A stretch of 35,742 nucleotides of DNA from Catajapyx aquilonaris (taxonomy: Eukaryota): positions 1 through 35,742 of the forward strand of contig JYFJ02004054.1 in the NCBI GenBank assembly GCA_000934665.2. Direction: 5' to 3'. This document shows positions 25,856 through 34,180 of the stretch, piece after piece. The position numbers and the translations under genes were made by a program. Within the stretch, counting starts at the first letter, position 1. Each line of letters begins with the position of its first letter. Below the pieces are notes generated by a model. It did no database searches, had not been told where the DNA came from, and saw nothing but the letters and a program-made list of their open reading frames with translations.

Positions 25856-28800
25856 TTAAGTATTCTCCTCCGCAAAAAATCGTTCCACCGTTAAACAAAA
25901 ATCATTGAAAGCCGCAAAACCCGACCCCAACCCCATAAGAGCCCTCCTGCCGCAAGGCCAGCCTAGGCCTAGTGTTACGGTCCTCGCCATCAACCGATCC
26001 CTGGCCGCACGGATCTCCGGGAGACGGCATTGGTCCAGGATGTGACCAGCATCCTGTATCCCGCGTCCAACCCCACAGGGGCATGCGCCGCAGCACGCCT
26101 CTCGGTCTCCTAGCAAGTTGAACCTGGCGAGGTAGCCCAAGTATGGGCCGTGTCCTGTAACCAGATGGGTGATGTGGCCATAGAAGAGGGTCTCCGTTGA
26201 TACAGCCGGCAAGAAGGTCCTCGTTGCACAGACTGCCGGCCGATCCCAGGCCGCCTGCCAGGCCACCATCATTGCCGTCCTGAACCTCCTGGTTATGGCT
26301 CCTCTGGTTTCCGGAATGTAGTGATCACAAAGAGGCGTTAGGCGAGCAGCCAACCCCGCCTCCCTGTCTGCAACTTCGTTACCAGGCACCCCCGCGTGGG
26401 CCTTCACCCAACGGAGAGCTACCCGGTCCCCCAGGCGATGTAAGAGAGCCTGTCCCCTGACTGCCATCGTCAGTGTTGTCCTAGGGTTCATCAAGGCTGC
26501 AATGGACGATCTGGAGTCTGATATCACACGCGCTGTGGTTTCCCTCCCAAGGCTGCCTTCCTCCAGTAGTTCCAGGGCCCGGATGATGGTGGCGAGCTCC
26601 ACCAAAAAGATGCCAGTCGAGGAGCAATAGGAGAGCCTCTCAAGGAACGTCGTCCTGCCGCAGGGGTCCACCACAACTAGCGCCCCGCCCGCCCCGCCAG
26701 CGGGGAGGACAGAGCCATCGGTATAGATGTGGAGGTCCGCTGATGCATCATCCGCCCCGTCGCCCCAGGTTATGACGTCGCCTCCCACCCGCTCCCACGG
26801 AGGGGGGAGCCCCATAGTAGAATGTAACGGGGTTGAAGCCAGGACCGCCTTGCGCCGCTCCCATACCGACCGAGCTACGATGTCTGGTGGGACGATCCCT
26901 GCAATAACATACAAAGCGTCATTAGATGTCGTACCAAAGGCCCCCGTGGTGGCAACAAGAAACGGCCGCAAGGCCGCCAGCAGCCGTCGTCGAACCAAGC
27001 ACGTGCCCGCTTTCACGCCCCACAACTCAGCCCCGAACAACATCATGGGCATGATGGCGCTCTGCAGTAAGACCTTACGACATTGTGGGGACATGCCCCA
27101 GTTGCGACCTGCGACCCGCCACAGTCGGTGTGCCATATCTCGACATTTGGCAGAGGCAATCTCGACATGTCGTTGCCACCGAAGCCGACCGTCCAGGTGA
27201 AGGCCAAGAACCCGCATCGTCCTGCCTAAGTTGATTCCGAGACCCCCAAATGAGACCGCCGGGACATCGTCCGTTGAGAGCCTATAAAAGAATAGGGCCT
27301 CCGTTTTAGAGGCGTTGTACGTGAGGCCGTGTTCTGCAGCCCAATTCGTGAGCATGGGCTCCAGGGCCCCCCAGCTCCTCTGAAGACTTATGCGTGACTC
27401 CCCCGACACCAGCACCAGCTGGTCGTCGGCGTAGGCTTGTAGGTGGACTCCAGGAACCAGCCCGGGGGCCCCCAGTTCGAACCAGTCATCCATTCCAAGG
27501 TTCCACAAGGCAGGACCCAAGCTGGACCCCTGAGGGCAGCCCCTATTCATCCAGAATTTATACTTTCCGGAGAGGACCTCTCTCGGCCCTAGGAAGGCGA
27601 TGACGTTCCTGGCGAGGAGCTCCGGGCACCCCCGACGCATGAGTCCCTGGATGATTCGTTGGTGGGGCATGCTATTAAACGCGTTTTTAATGTCGAGCCC
27701 GACCAGGAGGCACACGTCCCGGTTCCTCCAAGCCGACCCGACGCGTCCAAGCAGGGTTTCCATTGCTGTCGTCACGCTCCTCCCGGGTCGAAAGCCATAT
27801 TGCTGGGCATGGAGGGCGCCACTCTCCTCCATCCAGTGCGACAAACGCCTGTTAAGAACCCTATCGTACACCCGCCCCAGGGCTGGAGCCAGGCAGATTG
27901 GACGCACCCCACCGACGTCGTCTTTAGGCACCCACGCCACCCTGGACGCCTTCCACGAGTCTGGAAATAGGTGAACTCTGAATAAAGCACCCAGGAGGCG
28001 GGTCCAGAAGGGCCCCGCCGCCTTGTGAATGTGGCTCACGCAAGCCAGTGGAAGGCCGTCAGGGCCAGGTGCCTTGTTGCCCGTCATGTCTCGTGCAACC
28101 GACAGCAGCTCGACTGCAGCTATGTCGGCCTCCAGAGGACCGCCCTCGGCAGGTTCATAAGCAGAAGGGTCCCAGGTGCCGTCGTCCGGTGGGAAAAACC
28201 TGCTGACTAGCTCCCTATCCAGCGCCTCGAGGTCGGGTCCAACCGTCCCCTCGACCCCCCTGGAGGACTCAACCGGCTGACCAAAGGATCCCTTCAGGAT
28301 TCGATACGGAACGGAAAAAGGATTCTCGTCCGACGCCGTCTCACAGTATTTCCTCCAGCTGTCAACCCTATGCTCTCTGAGAGCAGTGTTGTACCGCCGG
28401 CGTGAGTCCCTCCACTCGTCGCCCTTTCTGGCCTCCAAAGAGGGATCGCCCCCACGAACAGCCTGGAAAGCTTTCCTCAGTACCCTCGTCTCCTTCCTGA
28501 GGCGGGCCAGTTCAGGGGACCAGAAGCCGTAGGCGCGGGTGCGGACCTTCCGTCGTGGGATGCATTCCTCCGCCGCTCGCATGCATTCCAGTTGAAATTC
28601 CATCGCTACGCCCTCCAGGTCAGCCGAGTCCCTCTCATAAGGGTCCGGTTGTTGATTCGCCCATTCCGCGACATGCTGCTCGTATTCGTCCCAATGAGCC
28701 TGAGACCAGGCCCACTGGAGGGTTGGAGCAACTGGGCCATCCCTGCAGACGCCGAACGTGATCATAGCATGATCGCTGGTAAGCTGTTCACGTGTGTTAG

Positions 28801-29386
28801 TCCATCCCACGATGTCCAGGTCCCTGTGCCATGAAAGGTCAATCCAGCTGGTTCGCCCTCCATGGTCGTAAGTGGGCGGCGATGGGACGACGTTCCCCAG
28901 ACTCAAGTTAGTAATGGTGGCCCAGTGGAGAACCGCCCTGCCCCGCGGAGAATCAAGCCGATCGCCCCAGCGCTGTAAGCGGGCGTTGAAATCCCCGAGC
29001 ATCAGAAGGCGGGTGGACGCGGCAGTGACAACCTCCTCGAGCCGAGTTAACCCCTCCTGGATGTCACTTTTGGGCGGCAAATAGATATTCACCAGCGTGA
29101 ACTCGAGATCCCCCGACCTAATGGTGTATGACATAATGGTGGGACTGGACAGAGTGGCCAGGTTGACGACCCTAATACCCCTGGAATAAGCGACCAGAGC
29201 TACCGATGCCTCCTCAGCTGTATGAGTGACCCTGTTGAGTTTATGCCGTAAGCTGGGAACGTGCGGTTCCTGGATGCAGAGGAGATCAAGGCCTCGAGCA
29301 GCTCCCCACTCAATCGAAGCACTGGTGGCGTTGGCCCCGCCCCCAGCGTTGAACTGGCCGATGTTGAGAGGTGAACTAGAGCCCAT
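25856..29386 (-). CDS. Element C ORF2: APE-RT-RNase H-CCHC polyprotein, 1176 aa
   Basis: GQFN, QEPH, GDFNA, WIDL, SDH; KAPGPDG, QYGFRPG, LDIKNAFN, PQGSSLGP, YADD; YTDGS, VEL, SDS, WVKAH.G..GNE.AD; CPCG......AGH...C. No stops. Confidence 0.96.
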   Translation of the reverse strand: MGSSSPLNIGQFNAGGGANATSASIEWGAARGLDLLCIQEPHVPSLRHKLNRVTHTAEEASVALVAYSRGIRVVNLATLSSPTIMSYTIRSGDLEFTLVNIYLPPKSDIQEGLTRLEEVVTAASTRLLMLGDFNARLQRWGDRLDSPRGRAVLHWATITNLSLGNVVPSPPTYDHGGRTSWIDLSWHRDLDIVGWTNTREQLTSDHAMITFGVCRDGPVAPTLQWAWSQAHWDEYEQHVAEWANQQPDPYERDSADLEGVAMEFQLECMRAAEECIPRRKVRTRAYGFWSPELARLRKETRVLRKAFQAVRGGDPSLEARKGDEWRDSRRRYNTALREHRVDSWRKYCETASDENPFSVPYRILKGSFGQPVESSRGVEGTVGPDLEALDRELVSRFFPPDDGTWDPSAYEPAEGGPLEADIAAVELLSVARDMTGNKAPGPDGLPLACVSHIHKAAGPFWTRLLGALFRVHLFPDSWKASRVAWVPKDDVGGVRPICLAPALGRVYDRVLNRRLSHWMEESGALHAQQYGFRPGRSVTTAMETLLGRVGSAWRNRDVCLLVGLDIKNAFNSMPHQRIIQGLMRRGCPELLARNVIAFLGPREVLSGKYKFWMNRGCPQGSSLGPALWNLGMDDWFELGAPGLVPGVHLQAYADDQLVLVSGESRISLQRSWGALEPMLTNWAAEHGLTYNASKTEALFFYRLSTDDVPAVSFGGLGINLGRTMRVLGLHLDGRLRWQRHVEIASAKCRDMAHRLWRVAGRNWGMSPQCRKVLLQSAIMPMMLFGAELWGVKAGTCLVRRRLLAALRPFLVATTGAFGTTSNDALYVIAGIVPPDIVARSVWERRKAVLASTPLHSTMGLPPPWERVGGDVITWGDGADDASADLHIYTDGSVLPAGGAGGALVVVDPCGRTTFLERLSYCSSTGIFLVELATIIRALELLEEGSLGRETTARVISDSRSSIAALMNPRTTLTMAVRGQALLHRLGDRVALRWVKAHAGVPGNEVADREAGLAARLTPLCDHYIPETRGAITRRFRTAMMVAWQAAWDRPAVCATRTFLPAVSTETLFYGHITHLVTGHGPYLGYLARFNLLGDREACCGACPCGVGRGIQDAGHILDQCRLPEIRAARDRLMARTVTLGLGWPCGRRALMGLGSGFAAFNDFCLTVERFFAEENT

Positions 29387-30617
29387 AGTCAGTTCGTCGC
29401 GCTAGTTGGACTTTGCGTTTTTGCCACGCTGGACAACTTTCCGCCCACGCCCCGTGGTCCGTCCTTGAGGCCCCCTCCAGTTTGCAGTTGGGACAGCATA
29501 GAATGGACTCTCGACAGTCCCGGGCCTCGTGCTTTCCCGAACATTTGCCGCAACAGGGATCCTTCGCCTTACAAAAGCGCGCAGTGTGGCCATAGGCCGA
29601 ACAGCGGAAGCATCTGTCGGTACGCACGATGTCCTCCAGACGACACACCTCCATGTCCACCCGGAGCGACCCAAGCTCCCGGAGGCAAGCATGTAGTGCG
29701 GGCGAGACTTCCAAGAACCAATTCTGCCTGTCTCCGAACTGCCAATCACGAGAACCCAGAACCCGCATGTGCTCCGGCAAAGGAAGAAACCGACCGAGAC
29801 TCTCGGCGTTTCTGGAAGCGATATCCGTTAGTAGGGTATCTGGGTTAAACCCGTCTATGGTGCCAACGAGCCGGACTGTAGGTTTGCGCTGGTTAGCTGC
29901 CCTAGCCGTGAACCCTTTCTCAGCAAGCACCTGAAGGACGTGATCCTTCTGGGCTGCGGAGCGACAACCGACCCGGAATCCACTTTTGATTTTAGAGACC
30001 GCCCTGAACCCCTCGTTGATGATGGCGGCTGGCATCACTCCCCGCAGGATCTCCCTTACCGCGTACGGGGTGGGAGCCACCGCCTCCTCTACATCAACTA
30101 TCACTGGATACTGAGGGCTCAAGGGAGCCCTTGGTGGGAAACTGGGACGAGAGGAAGAGGAACCCTGACCGCCCAACAATTGTGCAAATGTCGGCGCCGC
30201 TGCGCCCCCAGACGCCCCCGGAACGGCGGGTTGCTGAGACACCAAGGTGGCTGCCACTTCCGCTTGTCGAGTCAAGTCCTTCCGCAGGCCCGAAATCTCC
30301 TGACGGAGTCCCGCAGCCTCGGAGTCCACTAGTGAACCTGCCTCCTTCTGAATAGTCAGACAAGCGACCTCGCCCCTCAGTGCCAGATTCCTCCCGATAA
30401 CAACTGCGAAAGCGTCCTTAAGCCGGAGGAGAGCCTGCTTGGCTGCCCCCTGATCCTGCCGAGTCAAGGCGATCTTCCCGTTGACCTCCCTAGAAATGGC
30501 GGCATGTACGAGCTCGATGAGAACAGCGGACTCCTGCTGCCAGCCCTCGTCAGAGAGATCAAACCGGCTCCGAATGAGCGCTTCACGCAAGGGCCAGTCA
30601 TCTCCCAGGCCTGCCAT
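29376..30617 (-). CDS. Element C ORF1 (gag-like, 3 zinc knuckles), N-terminus incomplete
   Basis: CFRCSAYGHTARFC, CGKCSGKHEARDC, CPNC...DH.A..ESCP. Overlaps the ORF2 ATG by 11 nt. Alignment with element A shows roughly 160 N-terminal residues are missing. Confidence 0.92.
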   Translation of the reverse strand: MAGLGDDWPLREALIRSRFDLSDEGWQQESAVLIELVHAAISREVNGKIALTRQDQGAAKQALLRLKDAFAVVIGRNLALRGEVACLTIQKEAGSLVDSEAAGLRQEISGLRKDLTRQAEVAATLVSQQPAVPGASGGAAAPTFAQLLGGQGSSSSRPSFPPRAPLSPQYPVIVDVEEAVAPTPYAVREILRGVMPAAIINEGFRAVSKIKSGFRVGCRSAAQKDHVLQVLAEKGFTARAANQRKPTVRLVGTIDGFNPDTLLTDIASRNAESLGRFLPLPEHMRVLGSRDWQFGDRQNWFLEVSPALHACLRELGSLRVDMEVCRLEDIVRTDRCFRCSAYGHTARFCKAKDPCCGKCSGKHEARDCRESILCCPNCKLEGASRTDHGAWAESCPAWQKRKVQLARRTDYGL

Positions 30618-30722
30618 GCCGAATGTGGGACCCCCTGGGGGCTGATCTGCAGAACCACCGCCGTCACTTTGGGCGCGCGAAGTGCTCCCCCCCCCCCCCC
30701 CCCCCCCCNCCCCCCGGGCCCC

Positions 30723-30784
30723 GTGGATAGGGACAGTGCCGCAGTGGGAATCTCGTTAATCCATTCATGCGCGTCGCTAATTAG
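30723..30784 (-). rRNA. 28S: 28S rRNA fragment ending at the R1 site
   Basis: CTAATTAGCGACGCGCATGAATGGATTAACGAGATTCCCACTG[cggcactg]TCCCTATCCAC matches the conserved eukaryotic LSU segment downstream of the R2 site. Confidence 0.95.
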
Positions 30785-31050
30785 TTTAGTTTAGTTTATT
30801 CGGAAGAAGCCAAAGCAACTATGGCTATCTGGCTGTAAGAAGAAGCAAAGGTGGGACAGATGGAGGGAGAAACGAAGTGGAAAAAGAAGAGAGGAAAGAC
30901 TGGCATCTCTCTTAGTCTGTCTCCTATCCCAAAGACCTGTCCGGCTTGGGTGGCCCTACCAGTAGACGAAGCTACGGCCGGCATAGCTCTTGGGGTCACG
31001 GGAGAAACGCAAACCCCACCACCACGATAAGGTGGAGATACCATCGGGGG
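30785..31050 (-). mobile_element. 266-bp non-coding retroposon (SINE/SIDE-like) inserted in 28S with 12-bp TSD
   Basis: Exact direct repeat CTAATTAGCGAC at 30773-30784 and 31051-31062. 3' end AATAAA(CTAAA)2. The head resembles RTE-clade 5' UTRs. Confidence 0.85.
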
Positions 31051-31081
31051 GTCGCTAATTAGGCGACGAGGCATTTGGCTA
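31051..31081 (-). rRNA. 28S: 28S rRNA fragment starting at the R2 cleavage site
   Basis: TAGCCAAATGCCTCGTCGCCTAATTAGCGAC, the canonical downstream flank of R2 (TTAAGG^TAGCCAAATGCC). Confidence 0.95.
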
Positions 31082-32020
31082 TATAACTGATGTTTATTGA
31101 CCTCATGCGTTAGGTACAAACATTTTAAGACAACTTCCGGGTGAGTTTGTCCCCCCGTTGGGACTTACAAAATGACGGACTATTGTCCACAAACGAATTT
31201 ATATAATTAAAGACATCACACACTAACTAACACAACATACTCAATCATTGGGCGAAGTGGAAGGGTTTTCATTCATCCATAAAAACTTGGAGAATGTGCA
31301 CCGTGTCCGCGATTATGTCTCTGCTGATCGCTCTGAGCAGGCCCTTCCCACGAATGCCCAGTTCCTCCAGAGTTGTTACTGTTGCTCGGGGTATTAGCCC
31401 TGTTGCTCCAAACGCTAGTCCTTTTACGTCACCTCGTTGGCCTTGCAGTTCTTTGACGAAATAACGGTATCAGGGGACGGTACTTGTCTTCCTTCTCCCC
31501 AGCTGCCGCTTCCATGCTCCCTGCTGTCTCCATCCTTACAGTCACGTCGAGGATGATGACTCTTCCTTCCTCGGTTTTCACAACCAGGTCTGGAATCCAT
31601 ATTTTGCCACCTTTCTCCCTCCTGGGTTGTTCGATGATCTGGTGGCCCCGTATCTTAAGCGCGGCCACGATGTGCTGTTGTACTTTGTTGTGGCGCCCGA
31701 TTCTCTGCTTCTTCACGAATCGGCACCAGCCGGATATATGTCCCAAGGACTCTACCGGCCATCCACATCGTCGGCATTGCTTCTGGAGGTGCGGTCTTCC
31801 TCTCGTTGTCGCCTCTCGCACTGGATATGTGTTGGTCCTGACTTGCAGCGCCGCACACCAGGTTCCCGCCTGCATCCCTTGGCCTCTGAGGTTCGGCTCC
31901 ACCCACCAATTGGATTCTCTGTTGTCTTCTCCATGCAGCACTCCTCGTCCTTCGACTTTTAGTGCTGCCCACTTCTCTTGGTAGTGTTCCCGAAACTCCC
32001 CTGGATTTCTATAAGGGACA
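31082..32020 (-). mobile_element. 5'-truncated R2 retrotransposon (CCHC + restriction-like endonuclease, frameshift near 31430, stop 31241-31243, ~160-nt 3' UTR)
   Basis: SN.W, ALQVRTNTYPVRE, CRRC...ESLGHISGWC, RIGRHN, PDLV, ILDVTV, KEDKY, then FGATG in a shifted frame. The 3' end joins TAGCCAAATG precisely. Confidence 0.95.
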
Positions 32021-32152
32021 AACAAACTCTTAAACAAACTCTTAAACTCTCAAACAAACTTCCTTATGCTGACATGACATGAGAGTACAGTTAAATTTCC
32101 AATATTATTATAATATTAATAATTGTCTGTGACAATATATTCTCTCACTTAC

Positions 32153-33965
32153 CAAAGCTCTCTTCAATTGTGGGTTGGCCTGCTGCTTCTCCTCAATCTC
32201 TTGGAGGTCACCTTCACTCTTTGCAGGTAGCGATGGCAAATAAGAGGATGATGAATCTTTAGAATTTAAAAAAAAAAAGTGTTACTAAGAAAAATCACTC
32301 TCCTTTGAAGTATTATTACAGTCAATATAAGTTCCCGTCCCGGCCGCGGGAGGCTGGCAGGTGACACGGAGACAGGTGCTGCTGTGTTTGGCTGTGAGGT
32401 ACATTCGCAGTCGCCAACCTGGCCAAGAGTGAACTTGGTGTGCTGCGTAATAGCTGCGGTACACGGTCGAAAAATGTCCAAGGAGGACGAACGGCCAGTA
32501 ATTAAGTTCCTGTGTGCAGAGGGAGCGGCACCGAAGATGTTTCATACACGCATGAGGGCTGTGTATGGAGACACTTGCGTGGCGTACTCGACAGTGAAGG
32601 ACTGGGTACGCCATTTCCGCAGTGGTTGACAAGGCACGTCGGACATGGCACGGGCAGGCCGACCTGTTACCGCCTCCAACGATGCAAGCCTCTAGTGTGC
32701 GTCGAGGGGTTGGTTCAAAGTGATCGGCGCTTGTCCATCGACAGGATTGCTGAGCAGGCATGCATCAGTCACGGCACGGCGTACAACATCGTGAATAACG
32801 TCCTTGAGTATCGCAAGGTGTGTAACCAGTGGGTCCCACGCAACCTCACCGCAGATCAACGCACGTTGCGAATGAGCCTGTCATTGCAACACCTGCAGCG
32901 GTACGAGCAAGAGGGCAACTCCTTCCTCATGCGTGTTGTTGCGGGAGACGAATCATGGTGCTCTCCATACACAGCCCTCATGCGTGTATGAATCTCCTTC
33001 GGTCCCGCTCCCTCTGCACACAGGAACTGAATTACTGCCCGTTCGTCCGCCTTGGACACACCAGATATGGTGAACGACATTTTTCGACTGTGTACCGCAG
33101 CTATTACGCAGCACACCGAGTCCACTCTTGGCCAGGTTGGCGACTGCACCTCACAGCCAAACACAGCAGCACCTGTCTCCGTGTCACCTGCCGGCCTCCC
33201 GCTGCCGGGACGGGAACTTATTGACTATCGTATACCTAATATATATGTGGGTGAGAGTTGGATGACAATATATTATGTAGTGGTCAACCACTCTCAGGAA
33301 GGAACTAAGAAACTATAAGAGAATATATAGTGGCCATTAACTGTCCATTTGTGCACCATTTCTGAACTTTTAATTTGCCAGAAATTGTGGTACAGGTAAC
33401 TTTTAAAACTGAAGTTACCTTGCAAAGTAGCACATTGTGAGGTTACAGGAAAGCTAACGTATCTATTTGCTGGCGTATTAACTGTATAGTTTACCCTACT
33501 AACAATAATTGTATGCCGGAAATGAAGGGAGACTCTCACCTTGTGGGTCACTGCTTGCTGCAGTAGTTGATGGTAAGCTGCTCGTCCCAGTCGTCATTAG
33601 GTGTGTCAGGACAGAATCTACTGTCGCTTGTACTTGATTCACACCAACACGTAGGATTCCCAAGGTCCTCAACACTTGAGTTTGAAATTCTTAAAAATGG
33701 AAAATATATCAGTTAGTTTTTAAATTCATTCAATACATACAGGTTCAAGTTACAAGTCTTCCTGAGGCAGGGCAAGTGATAATGCCACAAAAAAACTTCT
33801 GACAATATATTGTTATACCCTTATGGTTCATCTGTCATGCTCAATGTAAAGTTTGGGAATGAAGTAATATGGCTCAGTGTGCCATACTAACCAGCTTGCT
33901 TCTGCTCCATTCGTCGCTCCCAATCAGCACGGTGTTCCACCAGTGACATAGTGTGTGGTTATTAT
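32153..33965 (-). pseudogene. Three in-frame spliced exons (33892-~33965, 33540-33689, 32153-32256) of a DUF4806-like protein, probably the accessory gene of an EnSpm/CMC transposon
   Basis: GT-AG junctions with compatible phases give ...WERRMEQKQA-EFQTQVLRTLGILR...DPQ-DSSSSYLPSLPAKSEGDLQEIEEK...LKRAL|gtaagt. The family call rests on the LP..S..DL..IE motif. Confidence 0.6.
32317..33232 (+). mobile_element. Fold-back mariner derivative (two 5' ends in inverted orientation)
   Basis: Arms ~32320-32570 and ~32962-33227 are inverted copies. Transposase remnant R.VIKFL...YG......TV..W...FRSG, GRP, DRR, WVPRNL, GDESW is cut at the second arm. TA at both ends. Confidence 0.92.
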
Positions 33966-34180
33966 TGTTGTATCCACGGGACGGTCGAAGGGAAGGGGGA
34001 GAACTAACTACTAGACGGGGTGTTTACGCACTGCTGTATTATACCCAACTACATGTTCACCCCGTGAAGGGTGGGCATGAAGTGAGGCCGAGGCCTGTAC
34101 ATGTTCCCTCGGGTCCCCCTTCTGCCGGCCCGGTGCTGCCCTCTCGTTGGTTGCCGCTTCACTCCCCCGGGTATACAGCA
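33966..34180. repeat. Possible solo LTR
   Basis: GC-richer 215-bp block with ends TGTTGTAT...ATACAGCA. It interrupts coding remnants on both sides. No TSD. Confidence 0.4.

Larger units (their letters stand above)
23607..30720 (-). mobile_element. R1-clade element C with intact ORF2 and ~2.25-kb 3' UTR; 5' part missing at gap 30709
   Basis: ORF1 and ORF2 are uninterrupted. The 3' end abuts the target motif and is homologous to the 3' end of B. Confidence 0.94.

Noticed and set aside
17200..30400. Numerous plus-strand ORFs of 60-200 aa
   Set aside because: They are antisense shadows of GC-rich R1 coding sequence and UTRs.
16190..30738. Recurrent 15-17 bp direct repeat as CRISPR-like or recombination sites
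   Set aside because: Copies are ~7 kb apart and match the 28S R1 target, so target duplication explains them.
30796..31119. 107-aa ORF spanning the short insert
   Set aside because: It crosses the R2 3' UTR, 28S and insert boundaries and has no recognisable domain, so it is a chance ORF.
33971..33980. tatccacggg resembling the R1 junction motif
   Set aside because: Opposite strand, lacks TGTCCC, and is part of the LTR-like terminus. Probably coincidence.
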